Source: a virus. Taken from it: a stretch of DNA of 64,000 nucleotides. The translations under genes and the position numbers were made by a program. Location: positions 1-64,000 of the IMG/VR virus record IMGVR_UViG_3300020048_000029; one strand, 5' to 3'. This document shows, in pieces, positions 19,073 to 27,690 of this stretch. Numbering within the stretch: position 1 is the stretch's first letter; each line of letters begins with the position of its first letter. A model generated the notes under the pieces. It was not told the origin of the DNA and made no database searches. It was given only the letters and a program-made list of their open reading frames with translations.

Positions 19073-19358
19073 ACTGAACCCCGTTCTTTGACAGTATCTT
19101 ACCTAGCCTAATTATGTAGTAATTTACATAAGGTTCAGCTCCCCAGTCAATGAGTCCTAGGCCTTTTTTAACACTTTCAAATTCTATTACAAACCGAGGC
19201 GAATCTGGCGAGTACCCATTAACAAACTCAATTGCGTCATAGTGAGTCGCCAACCTCTTGTCCCAGTACGGTTTTATGGTTCGATACTCTTCAAGCTTCT
19301 CCCCGCTCAAGATCATGTCGAACCATTTTTTCTTGAGAGTCATTCTCAATATCTTCAA
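19059..19358 (-). CDS. ASCH-domain protein
   Basis: LKKKWFDMILSGEKLEEYR. Confidence 0.85.
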   Translation of the reverse strand: MKILRMTLKKKWFDMILSGEKLEEYRTIKPYWDKRLATHYDAIEFVNGYSPDSPRFVIEFESVKKGLGLIDWGAEPYVNYYIIRLGKILSKNGVQCDIV

Positions 19359-19623
19359 GTAATCCTCCTATAAATTCAAGAAAGACTTCTCTTTCGTCGT
19401 ACAATTTAAACTGTTCATCCGTCATTGGATACTTCTTCCAGATCTCAATGCCGACATGACTTATCTTGCCTTCGACACCACGATCTCCGCCTCTTGCATA
19501 TCCCATTATTCTCATTCGGTCACAAGAAAAAAGAGCATCGAATAGACGCCCTTTTTCTTCGAGAGATATTGAGTTGATATCAGGTATCAGGTGGCGGTTC
19601 TTTTCAGCCTCCTTTATTAGCAT
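19291..19623 (-). CDS. Hypothetical protein
   Basis: MLIKEAEK... within track ORF 19291..19707. Confidence 0.5.
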   Translation of the reverse strand: MLIKEAEKNRHLIPDINSISLEEKGRLFDALFSCDRMRIMGYARGGDRGVEGKISHVGIEIWKKYPMTDEQFKLYDEREVFLEFIGGLLEDIENDSQEKMVRHDLERGEA

Positions 19624-19990
19624 TGATAGCCTCCACAAGTGCTTCAAGCTTACCGATAACCTCATCAATATCTTGTTCAATGATGAGGATTGTCTTTTCT
19701 TTTTCAATTTCTGCGCACAGCTTTTTTATGTGATCGCATCTTGACAGTAGGTTCACATATTTACTGTAAGCTTCAGAGTTGTCAACGCCTTCACGTTTTA
19801 CAGTTAGACCCCCTCCAACCCTCCCGCCATTGCTTTTTCTGTACCCTACATCGCCCAAGTAGAACGTATTCTTCAGCACTTTTGTAACTTCGATTCCAAC
19901 TGTAAATCTTTTTGCATATCTACTGTAAACCGATTATTTTACAAGCTTGTCAACGTACACGATATCGCCAACTTTTACATCTGAAAACAT
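19604..19990 (-). pseudogene. Hypothetical gene interrupted by an in-frame TAA
   Basis: MFSDVKVGDIVYVDKLVK*SVYSRYAKRFTVGIEVTKVLKNTFY...; stop at 19934-19936, in frame with track ORF 19604..19879. Confidence 0.55.
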
Positions 19991-19995
19991 ATAAC

Positions 19996-20190
19996 CTACA
20001 ATTCTGACAATTTGTTCTTGAACTCTCTACCGCAGTCAATGTATTCGGAGAAATTGCTATCTCCAAGCGAGCTGTCCTCCTTCATTCGGACTTCGAAACT
20101 TCTCAGCCCTTCTCCTATAACGGCACCTAAATAGTGCGCTTCAATCTTTGAAAACTCTACATGAAGAGTCTTTATCACATCTGATTTCAT
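19996..20190 (-). CDS. Small hypothetical protein
   Basis: Packed ORF with GGAG RBS. Confidence 0.55.
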   Translation of the reverse strand: MKSDVIKTLHVEFSKIEAHYLGAVIGEGLRSFEVRMKEDSSLGDSNFSEYIDCGREFKNKLSEL

Positions 20191-20192
20191 AA

Positions 20193-20396
20193 TTACTCCA
20201 ATTCATTTATCGAAAAGCCTTGGTCGCGAAGGAACTCCGCGATAATTTCTTTGCGCTCGTTTTTAGGCCTTTTTTTATCAGGAGTGAAAATCTCCTCCAT
20301 GTTTGTGCGGCCATCAACGATGTGCCAAACAATTACTTTTCTGTACGATTGCTTCCCAAGGATGCTGCACGGAAGCTTGTAAGCTTTAGTTTTCAT
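20193..20396 (-). CDS. Small hypothetical protein
   Basis: Packed ORF with GAGG RBS. Confidence 0.55.
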   Translation of the reverse strand: MKTKAYKLPCSILGKQSYRKVIVWHIVDGRTNMEEIFTPDKKRPKNERKEIIAEFLRDQGFSINELE

Positions 20397-20591
20397 TTAT
20401 GCCTCGCTGCTTAATTCATTGATCTTTCTTAATAGATCTGCTTTTTCTCGCAGGCGCTGTTCCAACATTGCAATAGCCTCTCTGTCATCCATTGCCTCCG
20501 CTTTCAAGCGTCTAACTTCCCTTTGAAGCTCATCTCTCTCGCGAAGGTATTTCTGCTCTTTTGTTTCTTTTGACATGTCGAATCCCTTTCG

Positions 20592-20777
20592 CTACTTTAA
20601 TTTCCAACCATATATTGTGTCTCCAAATGCAGTCACACCGTCTTTTGTCAGCACCCCAACATCAGTTATATCAAGCACTTTTCGCCACCCGTTAGCGGTT
20701 TTTATTTTTTGGCCAATAGCTACTGTTTTTCCAAGCTTGAACGTCACAATAAACTCCATTGTTATTTTCCACCACAT
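20592..20777 (-). CDS. Small hypothetical protein (cassette-associated)
   Basis: Begins in or just after repeat element R1. Confidence 0.5.
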   Translation of the reverse strand: MWWKITMEFIVTFKLGKTVAIGQKIKTANGWRKVLDITDVGVLTKDGVTAFGDTIYGWKLK

Positions 20778-20822
20778 AACTGTGGCGACGATCGGTAATA
20801 CCGACCGCCACCTTAATCTTTA
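20772..20822 (-). repeat. attC-like intergenic element R1 (shortened)
   Basis: TAA-AGATTAAGGTGGCGGTCGGTATTACCGATCGTCGCCACA-GTTATGT. Confidence 0.6.
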
Positions 20823-21221
20823 TTTTGATTTAATCACAAAATCCACAAAATCACGAAAAGCATCGCTGTAGGCAACAGCGTTTACCGGATCACAATACCA
20901 CCAGCTTTTGTGTTGGTGAATGACCTCGGGAACGTAAACGAGCTTATTGCATCGTTCAAGATCTCGATCAAAATCGTGTGTGTTTTTGTCATACGGGATA
21001 GGATCAGTTGAAGAAAAAATATCAGAAAGCAGATTGAACCATAGAATACAATACAATTTGTATTCTGTTCGTTCCGTACCCTTCATTTTTTCATAATCCA
21101 TTGGTTCCAATTCATTTTCAAATTTTGCGTATTGCAATGACATCATGTTCAAAGTGAACAATTTTTTAGAAACACCACTAGAGTGTTTTTTCATTCTACT
21201 CATACTACCTCTTTCTGCCAC
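20820..21221 (-). CDS. Hypothetical cassette gene
   Basis: Between R2 and R1; likely start MSRMKK about 21203. Confidence 0.6.
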   Translation of the reverse strand: MAERGSMSRMKKHSSGVSKKLFTLNMMSLQYAKFENELEPMDYEKMKGTERTEYKLYCILWFNLLSDIFSSTDPIPYDKNTHDFDRDLERCNKLVYVPEVIHQHKSWWYCDPVNAVAYSDAFRDFVDFVIKSK

Positions 21222-21278
21222 ATAACCGTGGCGGTTGGTGATGATCAGAAATACCGACCACCACCTTAATCGTTACTT
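21220..21278 (-). repeat. attC-like intergenic element R2
   Basis: AAGTAAC-GATTAAGGTGGTGGTCGGTATTTCTGATCATCACCAACCGCCACG-GTTATGT; upstream stop codon lies inside TAAC. Confidence 0.7.
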
Positions 21279-21548
21279 TGATTCTACAATTTTACACGCA
21301 TAAAAATACGCATTCAAATAATCCTTCATCATCACGACATCGTCTTCGTCTTCCATAAATATTTCATTACAGAAAGATGTCACATTCGCTTCAGAGTTAA
21401 GTATCTCAATGATGATCTCATATTGCCGATCATACTCTTCTCGATCCTCACATTCGCTCCGTGGAACAATATGGATCGTGAGCAATTTTGCGATCTTTTT
21501 GATCTGTGCATTTGTAAAATCTGATCGTTTAAATTTCTTTAGTTTCAT
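21273..21548 (-). CDS. Hypothetical cassette gene
   Basis: Between R3 and R2; RBS AAGGA. Confidence 0.6.
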   Translation of the reverse strand: MKLKKFKRSDFTNAQIKKIAKLLTIHIVPRSECEDREEYDRQYEIIIEILNSEANVTSFCNEIFMEDEDDVVMMKDYLNAYFYACKIVESK

Positions 21549-21552
21549 GTTT

Positions 21553-21837
21553 TCATCCTTTCTTTACAACCTGCTGTTTGGCGGTGGCTTTCGCACCACT
21601 CAACCACACTAACAGGTCGTTATAACCCCATGAAATTTCTTCTAAACCACGGAAGAAAATCACCCTTAATTTCAGTTTCAATGAAAACGCTTCTGGCTTC
21701 TTTAATAAGCTCATCTTTGTTTTCAATTCTGTCAAAATAACTCTAATATCTGACGGCAAAAGAATCGAACAAACATCATCACGTCTTGCCAATTCTTGAA
21801 TTTCACTTATCGTTTTTTCGCCAATACTAAGTACCAT
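21553..21837 (-). CDS. Hypothetical cassette gene (reads through R3)
   Basis: MVLSIGEK... after RBS AGGTAGGAAG. Confidence 0.5.
   Translation of the reverse strand: MVLSIGEKTISEIQELARRDDVCSILLPSDIRVILTELKTKMSLLKKPEAFSLKLKLRVIFFRGLEEISWGYNDLLVWLSGAKATAKQQVVKKG
21564..21625 (-). repeat. attC-like element R3
   Basis: TTATAAC-GACCTGTTAG...GCGAAAGC...AAACAGCAG-GTTGTAA. Confidence 0.6.
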
Positions 21838-21854
21838 ACTTCCTACCTTCTGCC

Positions 21855-21909
21855 ACATAACCGTGGCGGCTGCGGTGGCTGAATACAGCCCCACACCTTG
21901 CTGTTATAC
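21855..21909 (-). repeat. attC-like element R4
   Basis: GTATAAC-AGCAAGGTGTGGGGCTGTATTCAGCCACCGCAGCCGCCACG-GTTATGT; 22 nt identical to R2. Confidence 0.7.
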
Positions 21910-21923
21910 TTGAATCAAATTAT

Positions 21924-22103
21924 TTACGGAATACGACCTTCATCCCATCCGTAAGTTTCCTTAAGTCCATCCCATTCTGAATTGCTGTCAATTAGTTTTG
22001 ACAGAATTTCATTCAAAAACCACTGTTTGTGATGTGCTCCATCAGTAGTAAGCCCATCAAGTGCGAGAGAAACTATCTCTTTTTGAGTTCTTCGCTCATA
22101 CAT
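21924..22103 (-). CDS. 59-aa phage protein with DGAHHKQW motif (not in ORF track)
   Basis: MYERRTQKEIVSLALDGLTTDGAHHKQWFLNEIL...WDEGRIP; ATG embedded in the GTTATG of R5. Confidence 0.7.
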   Translation of the reverse strand: MYERRTQKEIVSLALDGLTTDGAHHKQWFLNEILSKLIDSNSEWDGLKETYGWDEGRIP

Positions 22104-22159
22104 AACCTGTTTCGTTGGGTGGTGACGGGAAATACCCGCACACCACGCAGTTGTTATTT
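22100..22159 (-). repeat. attC-like element R5
   Basis: AAATAAC-AACTG-CGTGGTGTGCGGGTATTTCCCGTCACCACCCAACG-AAACAG-GTTATGT. Confidence 0.7.
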
Positions 22160-22372
22160 AAGACCTCTTAATTGTTCACGACTCACATGTTCCCAGTTTT
22201 CGGGATAGTGATTTTCCTCTTTGTTAAATCGTCTTACCCACTGTTCAACGAGTTTCTTTCTGCCAATTGTTGTTCGCTTGTATTCATTCCAGCATTTAGG
22301 GCATCGCACAAATTCCCAAAAATACCAAAACTCATTATTCCCGCATTCGCATGTCATTGATTCTTCCATCAA
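22154..22372 (-). CDS. Small Zn-ribbon cassette protein
   Basis: CECG...CPKC; stop inside the TAAC of R5. Confidence 0.6.
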   Translation of the reverse strand: MMEESMTCECGNNEFWYFWEFVRCPKCWNEYKRTTIGRKKLVEQWVRRFNKEENHYPENWEHVSREQLRGLK

Positions 22373-22524
22373 TCTTCTCCTCTTTCTTGCTCTCCACTTT
22401 GATTCATTAGTTCGTTCACCTTAAACATCAGATAGCCAACTGCTTCTGCGTTGGTCATTTCCATTCTGCTATACTTCTCTACAAGATCAGTCAGATCGTC
22501 GTAGAACTGATCACCTAATACCAT
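22369..22524 (-). CDS. Small hypothetical cassette protein
   Basis: MVLGDQFYDDL... after R6 and RBS AAGGTGG; track ORF 22369..22602 overextends through R6. Confidence 0.55.
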   Translation of the reverse strand: MVLGDQFYDDLTDLVEKYSRMEMTNAEAVGYLMFKVNELMNQSGEQERGED

Positions 22525-22538
22525 TGTTCCACCTTCCC

Positions 22539-22594
22539 ACATAACAAGTTTGGTTCGTGTGACCGAGTACGGCACACGAACCAGGTCGTTATAA
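22539..22594 (-). repeat. attC-like element R6
   Basis: TTATAAC-GACCT-GGTTCGTGTGCCG-TACT-CGGTCACACGAACC-AAACTT-GTTATGT. Confidence 0.75.
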
Positions 22595-22705
22595 TTTTGC
22601 ATCTATCACTTTGATAAGCCAATCAATTTCGTCTTTCGACAAATTTCCACCTTGATAAAACCTTCTCTGAATTTCTCTGAATTTTTCCCAGTCTGCTTTT
22701 TGCAT
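22589..22705 (-). CDS. 38-aa cassette micro-protein (not in ORF track)
   Basis: MQKADWEKFREIQRRFYQGGNLSKDEIDWLIKVIDAKL; RBS AGGTAGGA; stop in R6. Confidence 0.55.
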   Translation of the reverse strand: MQKADWEKFREIQRRFYQGGNLSKDEIDWLIKVIDAKL

Positions 22706-22720
22706 ACTATCCTACCTTCT

Positions 22721-22779
22721 GCTCCATAATGGAGCGTTTGGGGATGACGGGAATACCGCTCACCAACTTAATACTATAA
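22721..22779 (-). repeat. Degenerate attC-like element R7
   Basis: TTATAG-TATTAAGTTGGTGAGCGGTATTCCCGTCATCCCCAAACGCTCC-ATTATGG; alignable to R2. Confidence 0.55.
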
Positions 22780-23091
22780 CCCTTTGTATATCATAACTTT
22801 GTCATTTTCGAGTATAACATCTGATTTTTCGCAATTGTGTCTTCTTGCCACACTCGAAATATACCCGTCAAGCTCCTTTTTAGTGTCACTCAATTCTTCT
22901 TCAAGACGCTCGCATTTTGATTTGTAATCAATACTTTCCTCTGATCTTCCGCCGATCATGTCAAATCCCATTCCTGACAATGCGTCAGAATTTTCTTTGA
23001 TCGCTTTTGCAAACTCAGTAGTTTTTTCTCTGTCTAAGCATATCCCAAAGTGCGGAAAAACTTCTTCGCAAAAAATTACCCATTCATCCAT
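22774..23091 (-). CDS. Hypothetical protein
   Basis: 105-aa ORF ending at R7. Confidence 0.6.
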   Translation of the reverse strand: MDEWVIFCEEVFPHFGICLDREKTTEFAKAIKENSDALSGMGFDMIGGRSEESIDYKSKCERLEEELSDTKKELDGYISSVARRHNCEKSDVILENDKVMIYKGL

Positions 23092-23093
23092 CG

Positions 23094-23363
23094 TTATCCA
23101 ACCTTTTCTAAAAATTTATCAAAATTGCCCCAATTAATTTCACAGATAGCTATAAACAGTTGCTGGTTTTCCTGCTCTCCCCAAGCGTGATGAGTTAATG
23201 CGTCTCCGCATAAAGACCCCTTCATTTGCTCTTCAAGAAAGAGGACGACATCTTTTTCACTGTATTTTATCTCTTCCGACAATTCTCTTTTGATATGCCG
23301 ACTTCTCATATTTCCTTCTTTCTGACTGGCTACATCCAGCCATATTACAGTGGTCTTCGGCAC
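23094..23363 (-). CDS. Hypothetical protein
   Basis: Packed ORF. Confidence 0.5.
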   Translation of the reverse strand: MPKTTVIWLDVASQKEGNMRSRHIKRELSEEIKYSEKDVVLFLEEQMKGSLCGDALTHHAWGEQENQQLFIAICEINWGNFDKFLEKVG

Positions 23364-23375
23364 TGAATCTGTTTC

Positions 23376-23681
23376 TTATTTTGATTTAAAGTGATCTTCA
23401 GATACTAATACTTGTGAATCTTCTCTGTATCGAAGGCTTTCACCTATTAAATTAGCAATATCTTCTCTAATACACTCATCAGAACTTTGCTTACCATCAG
23501 ACAAGTACCAGTCGATTAAGTGACCTATTTCGTGAAAAATACTTTCGCTTAACTCAATAGTATTTAATCCTTTAGTTATTACAATCTTATTACACTCATT
23601 AGGATAATACACTGTAGCAAGAACATCTTTATTATGCAAAGATTCTTTTATTTCTATATCTATTTCAAGACTAAGTTTCAT
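23376..23681 (-). CDS. Small HExxH metallopeptidase-like protein
   Basis: IFHEIGHL...EDIAN; visibly AT-rich. Confidence 0.55.
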   Translation of the reverse strand: MKLSLEIDIEIKESLHNKDVLATVYYPNECNKIVITKGLNTIELSESIFHEIGHLIDWYLSDGKQSSDECIREDIANLIGESLRYREDSQVLVSEDHFKSK

Positions 23682-23691
23682 TGTACACCTT

Positions 23692-23750
23692 TCATAACAG
23701 CATGTGTTGGTGAAGATGTCGCACCTCCACTCACCACGCGGCTGTTATTT
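23692..23750 (-). repeat. attC-like element R8
   Basis: AAATAAC-AGCCGCGTGGTGAGTGGAGGTGCGACATCTTCACCAACACATGCT-GTTATGA. Confidence 0.7.
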
Positions 23751-23954
23751 TTATGTTTCTAATTTCAAATTGTCCTCAGAAAACGGTCTTGTTTCGCCAC
23801 TTCCGAGAGTAACGGCAAAAACAGAACAGTCATCATTGTGTCCAATAGTCGAAAGAATGTTTACTATAGTCCCATGGTCAAACACTTTCTTTTTTATTTT
23901 ACCCTTTTTAACTTTATGATCACGAAGTACTGCTACCCGATCTCCAATTTCCAT
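23751..23954 (-). CDS. Small SH3/KOW-like hypothetical protein
   Basis: MEIGDRVAV...GTIV...; RBS GAGGAG. Confidence 0.55.
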   Translation of the reverse strand: MEIGDRVAVLRDHKVKKGKIKKKVFDHGTIVNILSTIGHNDDCSVFAVTLGSGETRPFSEDNLKLET

Positions 23955-24143
23955 AGTCGTCTCCTCTGGTTATGATGCCGTGTACAAACAACGGGATCGT
24001 TATTTTGAAAGTTCATTAATAATAAGTATTATAACCCCTAATATGACACCTCCAGAAGACCCGCTCTGAGGCAGCCAGAACTGATACCGCTTTGCTTCTT
24101 TTGAAAACCACTTTTTTAACATAGCTACTCTCATTGCTTCGCA

Positions 24144-24365
24144 TCACTCGCACAATTCATGTGAGCGTTGTAATTCCACCCATATAATTCCATCGCAGCT
24201 GTGATCAGTTGCTTCGTCTATCTCTTCTGGGGATATGCATCCGCCAGAGCCATCGGTAAACGAACAGCCTTTGCAGCAACCATTTGTAGCAACAGACTTG
24301 TACTGCTTGTCTTTGTATGTTGCTACAACTCCTACTATATTAACCATGTCGTTTCTTTCTCCCAT
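24144..24365 (-). CDS. Small Cys-rich hypothetical protein
   Basis: CCKGCSF...C...C; starts at R10. Confidence 0.55.
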   Translation of the reverse strand: MGERNDMVNIVGVVATYKDKQYKSVATNGCCKGCSFTDGSGGCISPEEIDEATDHSCDGIIWVELQRSHELCE

Positions 24366-24426
24366 AACAGTCTCCGCTTGCTATGATCTCCTGGCGCCTC
24401 GTAAGCACGCAGCGGTCAAGTTATAA
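24361..24426 (-). repeat. attC-like element R10
   Basis: TTATAAC-TTGACCGCTGC...GCAAGCGGAGACT-GTTATGG; stop in TAAC. Confidence 0.65.
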
Positions 24427-24648
24427 TCGTTGATTCCATTTTTCTGATATGCTAAACTGCAACCATTCAACATCATACCTAACAGTACTTTGCGACATTT
24501 TAACTTTACACTCTTGACATTCGATTTCAATTATTCTCTTTTTTGCGTGATTGTTTCCTATCTGCGTAATAGTTGGTTCATTACCACAAAAAGGGCATAC
24601 ATCCAAAACTACGAAATCCGACAACTCAGAGCCTTGGTATACAGCCAT
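24421..24648 (-). CDS. Lar-like (restriction alleviation-type) Zn-finger protein
   Basis: CPFCGNEP...CQEC...WNQR. Confidence 0.6.
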   Translation of the reverse strand: MAVYQGSELSDFVVLDVCPFCGNEPTITQIGNNHAKKRIIEIECQECKVKMSQSTVRYDVEWLQFSISEKWNQRL

Positions 24649-24714
24649 TTATAACCTTTCCGTTTGGTGCTGATGTGCTCGCATTACTCGCAAACACACC
24701 AACTATCCATTATC
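24649..24714 (-). repeat. attC-like element R11
   Basis: GATAAT-GGATAGTTGGTGTG...CAGCACCAAACGGAAAG-GTTATAA. Confidence 0.55.
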
Positions 24715-24955
24715 ATTTGCTTCTATTATTTTTTATATCCACATGAACTACAACGCTGCCATCGTTATATATCATGCGATAGATGTTAGTCACCATGTAG
24801 CTATCGATTCTTGCTGTAACGGACAATATATCTTCACGATTATCACAATTCTTAAAACAGACATCTTTCCCGATACTTGGTAATAACGATTCTCGATATT
24901 CGCACTCAAAAATTGTTTTTATATTTGAGGTGTCGAAGAACTTTATAATATCCAT
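24713..24955 (-). CDS. Hypothetical protein
   Basis: RBS AAGGA; ends at R11. Confidence 0.55.
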   Translation of the reverse strand: MDIIKFFDTSNIKTIFECEYRESLLPSIGKDVCFKNCDNREDILSVTARIDSYMVTNIYRMIYNDGSVVVHVDIKNNRSK

Positions 24956-25004
24956 AATTCCTTCTTTCTGCTATTACTGTTGGAGATGTCACGCGCATCG
25001 CTAT

Positions 25005-27635
25005 TTACACATACTCCCAGTGGTCACTGTTTTCTAAATATCCAATTTCACCATTACTAAGACTAACGGCGACAAGCATCCCGTAAAAAGATCTCGGGTC
25101 CTTGCTCCGCCAGTCTACACTCAACACTTTCCCTGTTAGGCTTACGTACTGACCTTTTACAAACAGCAATTCATCGCCTACTGACACACTTGATTTTTGT
25201 TTCATTGATATTTTCCTGTCGATCTAACTTATCAATTCTTTATTGACCTTTTTAATTTCATCTTTCGATAAACCCCACTGATCAAAAATTTCATGTTTTC
25301 TTTCCGCAACTTGGTGTACAGACTCACAAAACTGCGAGCAAGATCCGCGGCATGATTTGTCAACTCCAACACCATTGCTGCCACCACAATGCTCAAAGTC
25401 AGCTCCCCATACTATGCGCCCGATGTATGTCTTTAAGCAATGCACGACACTTCACCGGTAGTGGCAGCTTGATCAAATTCTGTTGCCAACAAAAACGAGT
25501 CATTCCTTTTAATTATCGCAGTACCCCAAGGAACCATCATTACGATCCCGTCAATGCACAGGACTACACCCTCTTTTGGTTTTGATATCCACTTTTCGTA
25601 AATACCATCAGTGTCTTTAGTACCGGTAAATTCCATAGCTCTTTTTACGCTATGAGAGCTCATTTTGAGCACTACAAACTTATTATTGTCTATACCTAAC
25701 ATTATCTCTCCATTGCTCCTGTTTTAAAGTTGTCCATGCTTTCAATGTATTCGCTTAGCGTGCTATAAATCTTATCCTTAACAGTGTCGCAGTCGCGCAT
25801 GTATTCCTCAATGTCATCCTGAGAAGCACTTGCAGCCTTCTCGAATTCGTCATAGTAACGCGACGCTTTTGTTATGGCCTCAAGCGTGCAGTCAGATACT
25901 TGAACAGCCGTAAATCTCAGGTTTTCATTTACGAATATTCCTGCATCGTACCATGTAAAATTTATGTCTCTTTTTATCGAGTTAATGTAGCCAATTGTCA
26001 CTTCTGAGTAATGAATAGGGAGTACTATAAATTCTTCAGATGTGTGAGTTGACTTATTCACTCCGTCAATTTTCATAGATAGATCGACAGAAACTCTTAC
26101 AAGCGATAGATCGCCATCGTCATTAATGTCGTGGTCAATTTCTTTTGCAGCTTCAACGAAATCCATCGATTTATATCTACCAAGTGGTATACTTCTAACC
26201 CTTCCAAACAATTCAAAGCAGAATTGTTTATTAAGCCCTTTTAAAAAGTTGTAGTATGTTTTGAACCACTCCATTTTAAACATCTCGCGATTCTCTTCTA
26301 AGAACGCATCAAGATCCGATTTAAGATCTTCTTCAATCATCATAACCCCTTTTTACAATTTTATGTTGTACCGCTCAGCAACTTCATGAATAAAATCTTC
26401 TAAGCCTACAATCTCCCACAGCTCGTTAATATCGCCAACATTGTGGACGATTCTAATCGCTTGTTCATTTGTAACGCCGAACTTATCGGCAAATTCTGAA
26501 ATTCTTTCTGCTATGAATTGATCACGCCTCGACATGATCTTCGCACTGCTTCAGAATCAACTGCACTTGTTCATACCGCTTAACCGCCTCTTTGTAGAGC
26601 CGCTCCTTTTGATCCATATTGCTCCATGCCAATGTTGATTGAAGCTTGTAAAATGCTTTTCGAGCTTCATTCTTTGACGTGAAATAATCGCCTTTAACAA
26701 AGTCCTGCAGCCCTGATGAGTGTTCAATGAAATCTTCGTCAACAAGCTCAACGAACACTATTGACGATCTTCTGACATCAAGAACACACTCAATCCTTCC
26801 GCAGGATCCGACACTATGCGTCGCCTTTGTTGTAATCTGAGAATACCCATCATATTGATGAACTCCGACAACTTTGTGCTCAATAATATCAAGAGAGCAC
26901 GGGTGCCATACTAAGTCTCCAACTTTTATTTTACTCATTCTTTTGAATCCTTAAAATTTAGGTTGATATACTGTCTTTCAGATTCGTAATCATCGTCCCG
27001 CACGACCTGGCTTAGCGTGTCAGTTCCTTCATACTCATTCTTATTGTGGTCAAACAATGCCTGGACAGCAGCCTGGTGCTCTGGGCGATCACTTAATGAC
27101 TTGAGCATCCTGTCGAACATAGATAGATACGTGTCATCTCTGTTAATCTCAAAATTGAAAAGTTCAGAAACATGTTGAAGGTAATCTCTGTGATTTTTCG
27201 GCTCTGTTGAGCTGCCCAATACTATGCAAACTTTCATTGTTTACTCCACTTCTTCAAATTCAAGGAACGCATTAGTTTTTGAATTAAAAACGGTTGGCTT
27301 AATGCCGATACCAAACCCGTGATTTACTGGCAGGTCAGCAGGCAGCTTTTGCAATTCAATAATCAACTCTCCTACTGTTTCGCATTCTTTCAGCTCTAGT
27401 ACATTTTCAAGTTTCATCATCTTGCCTTTGTTAAAAAATTGACATCACTTTTTGATCCGTTTGAGATTGCAAAACAAATCGATTCGCTAATTGACAGGCT
27501 CTTTAAGTGTCTGCCATCAGTATTTGAGATTAGTCTCGGAGCCCCTTTGTATGGCAGCATAAGTAACGACTCACTGTTCCCGCAGATGTAATTTGCACTG
27601 GTTGACAGTAGAACTTTTTGGTTTGGAACGAACAT
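25005..27635 (-). other. Run of small hypothetical genes (25005-25205, 25224-25445, 25433-25702, 25702-26343, 26353-26535, 26522-26938, 26935-27237, about 27241-27420, 27417-27635)
   Basis: Abutting or overlapping co-oriented ORFs with RBS-like sequences; no recognisable motifs. Confidence 0.6.
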
Positions 27636-27690
27636 AACTTCCTCCTTTGTCCGTACACACTTGTTATTACAGAATGTGTACGGATGTAAC

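Noticed and set aside
20772-24714. CRISPR array or intrinsic terminators as the explanation for the repeated hairpins
   Set aside because: Repeats are divergent, the intervening DNA is whole genes of variable length, and the hairpins lack U-tracts
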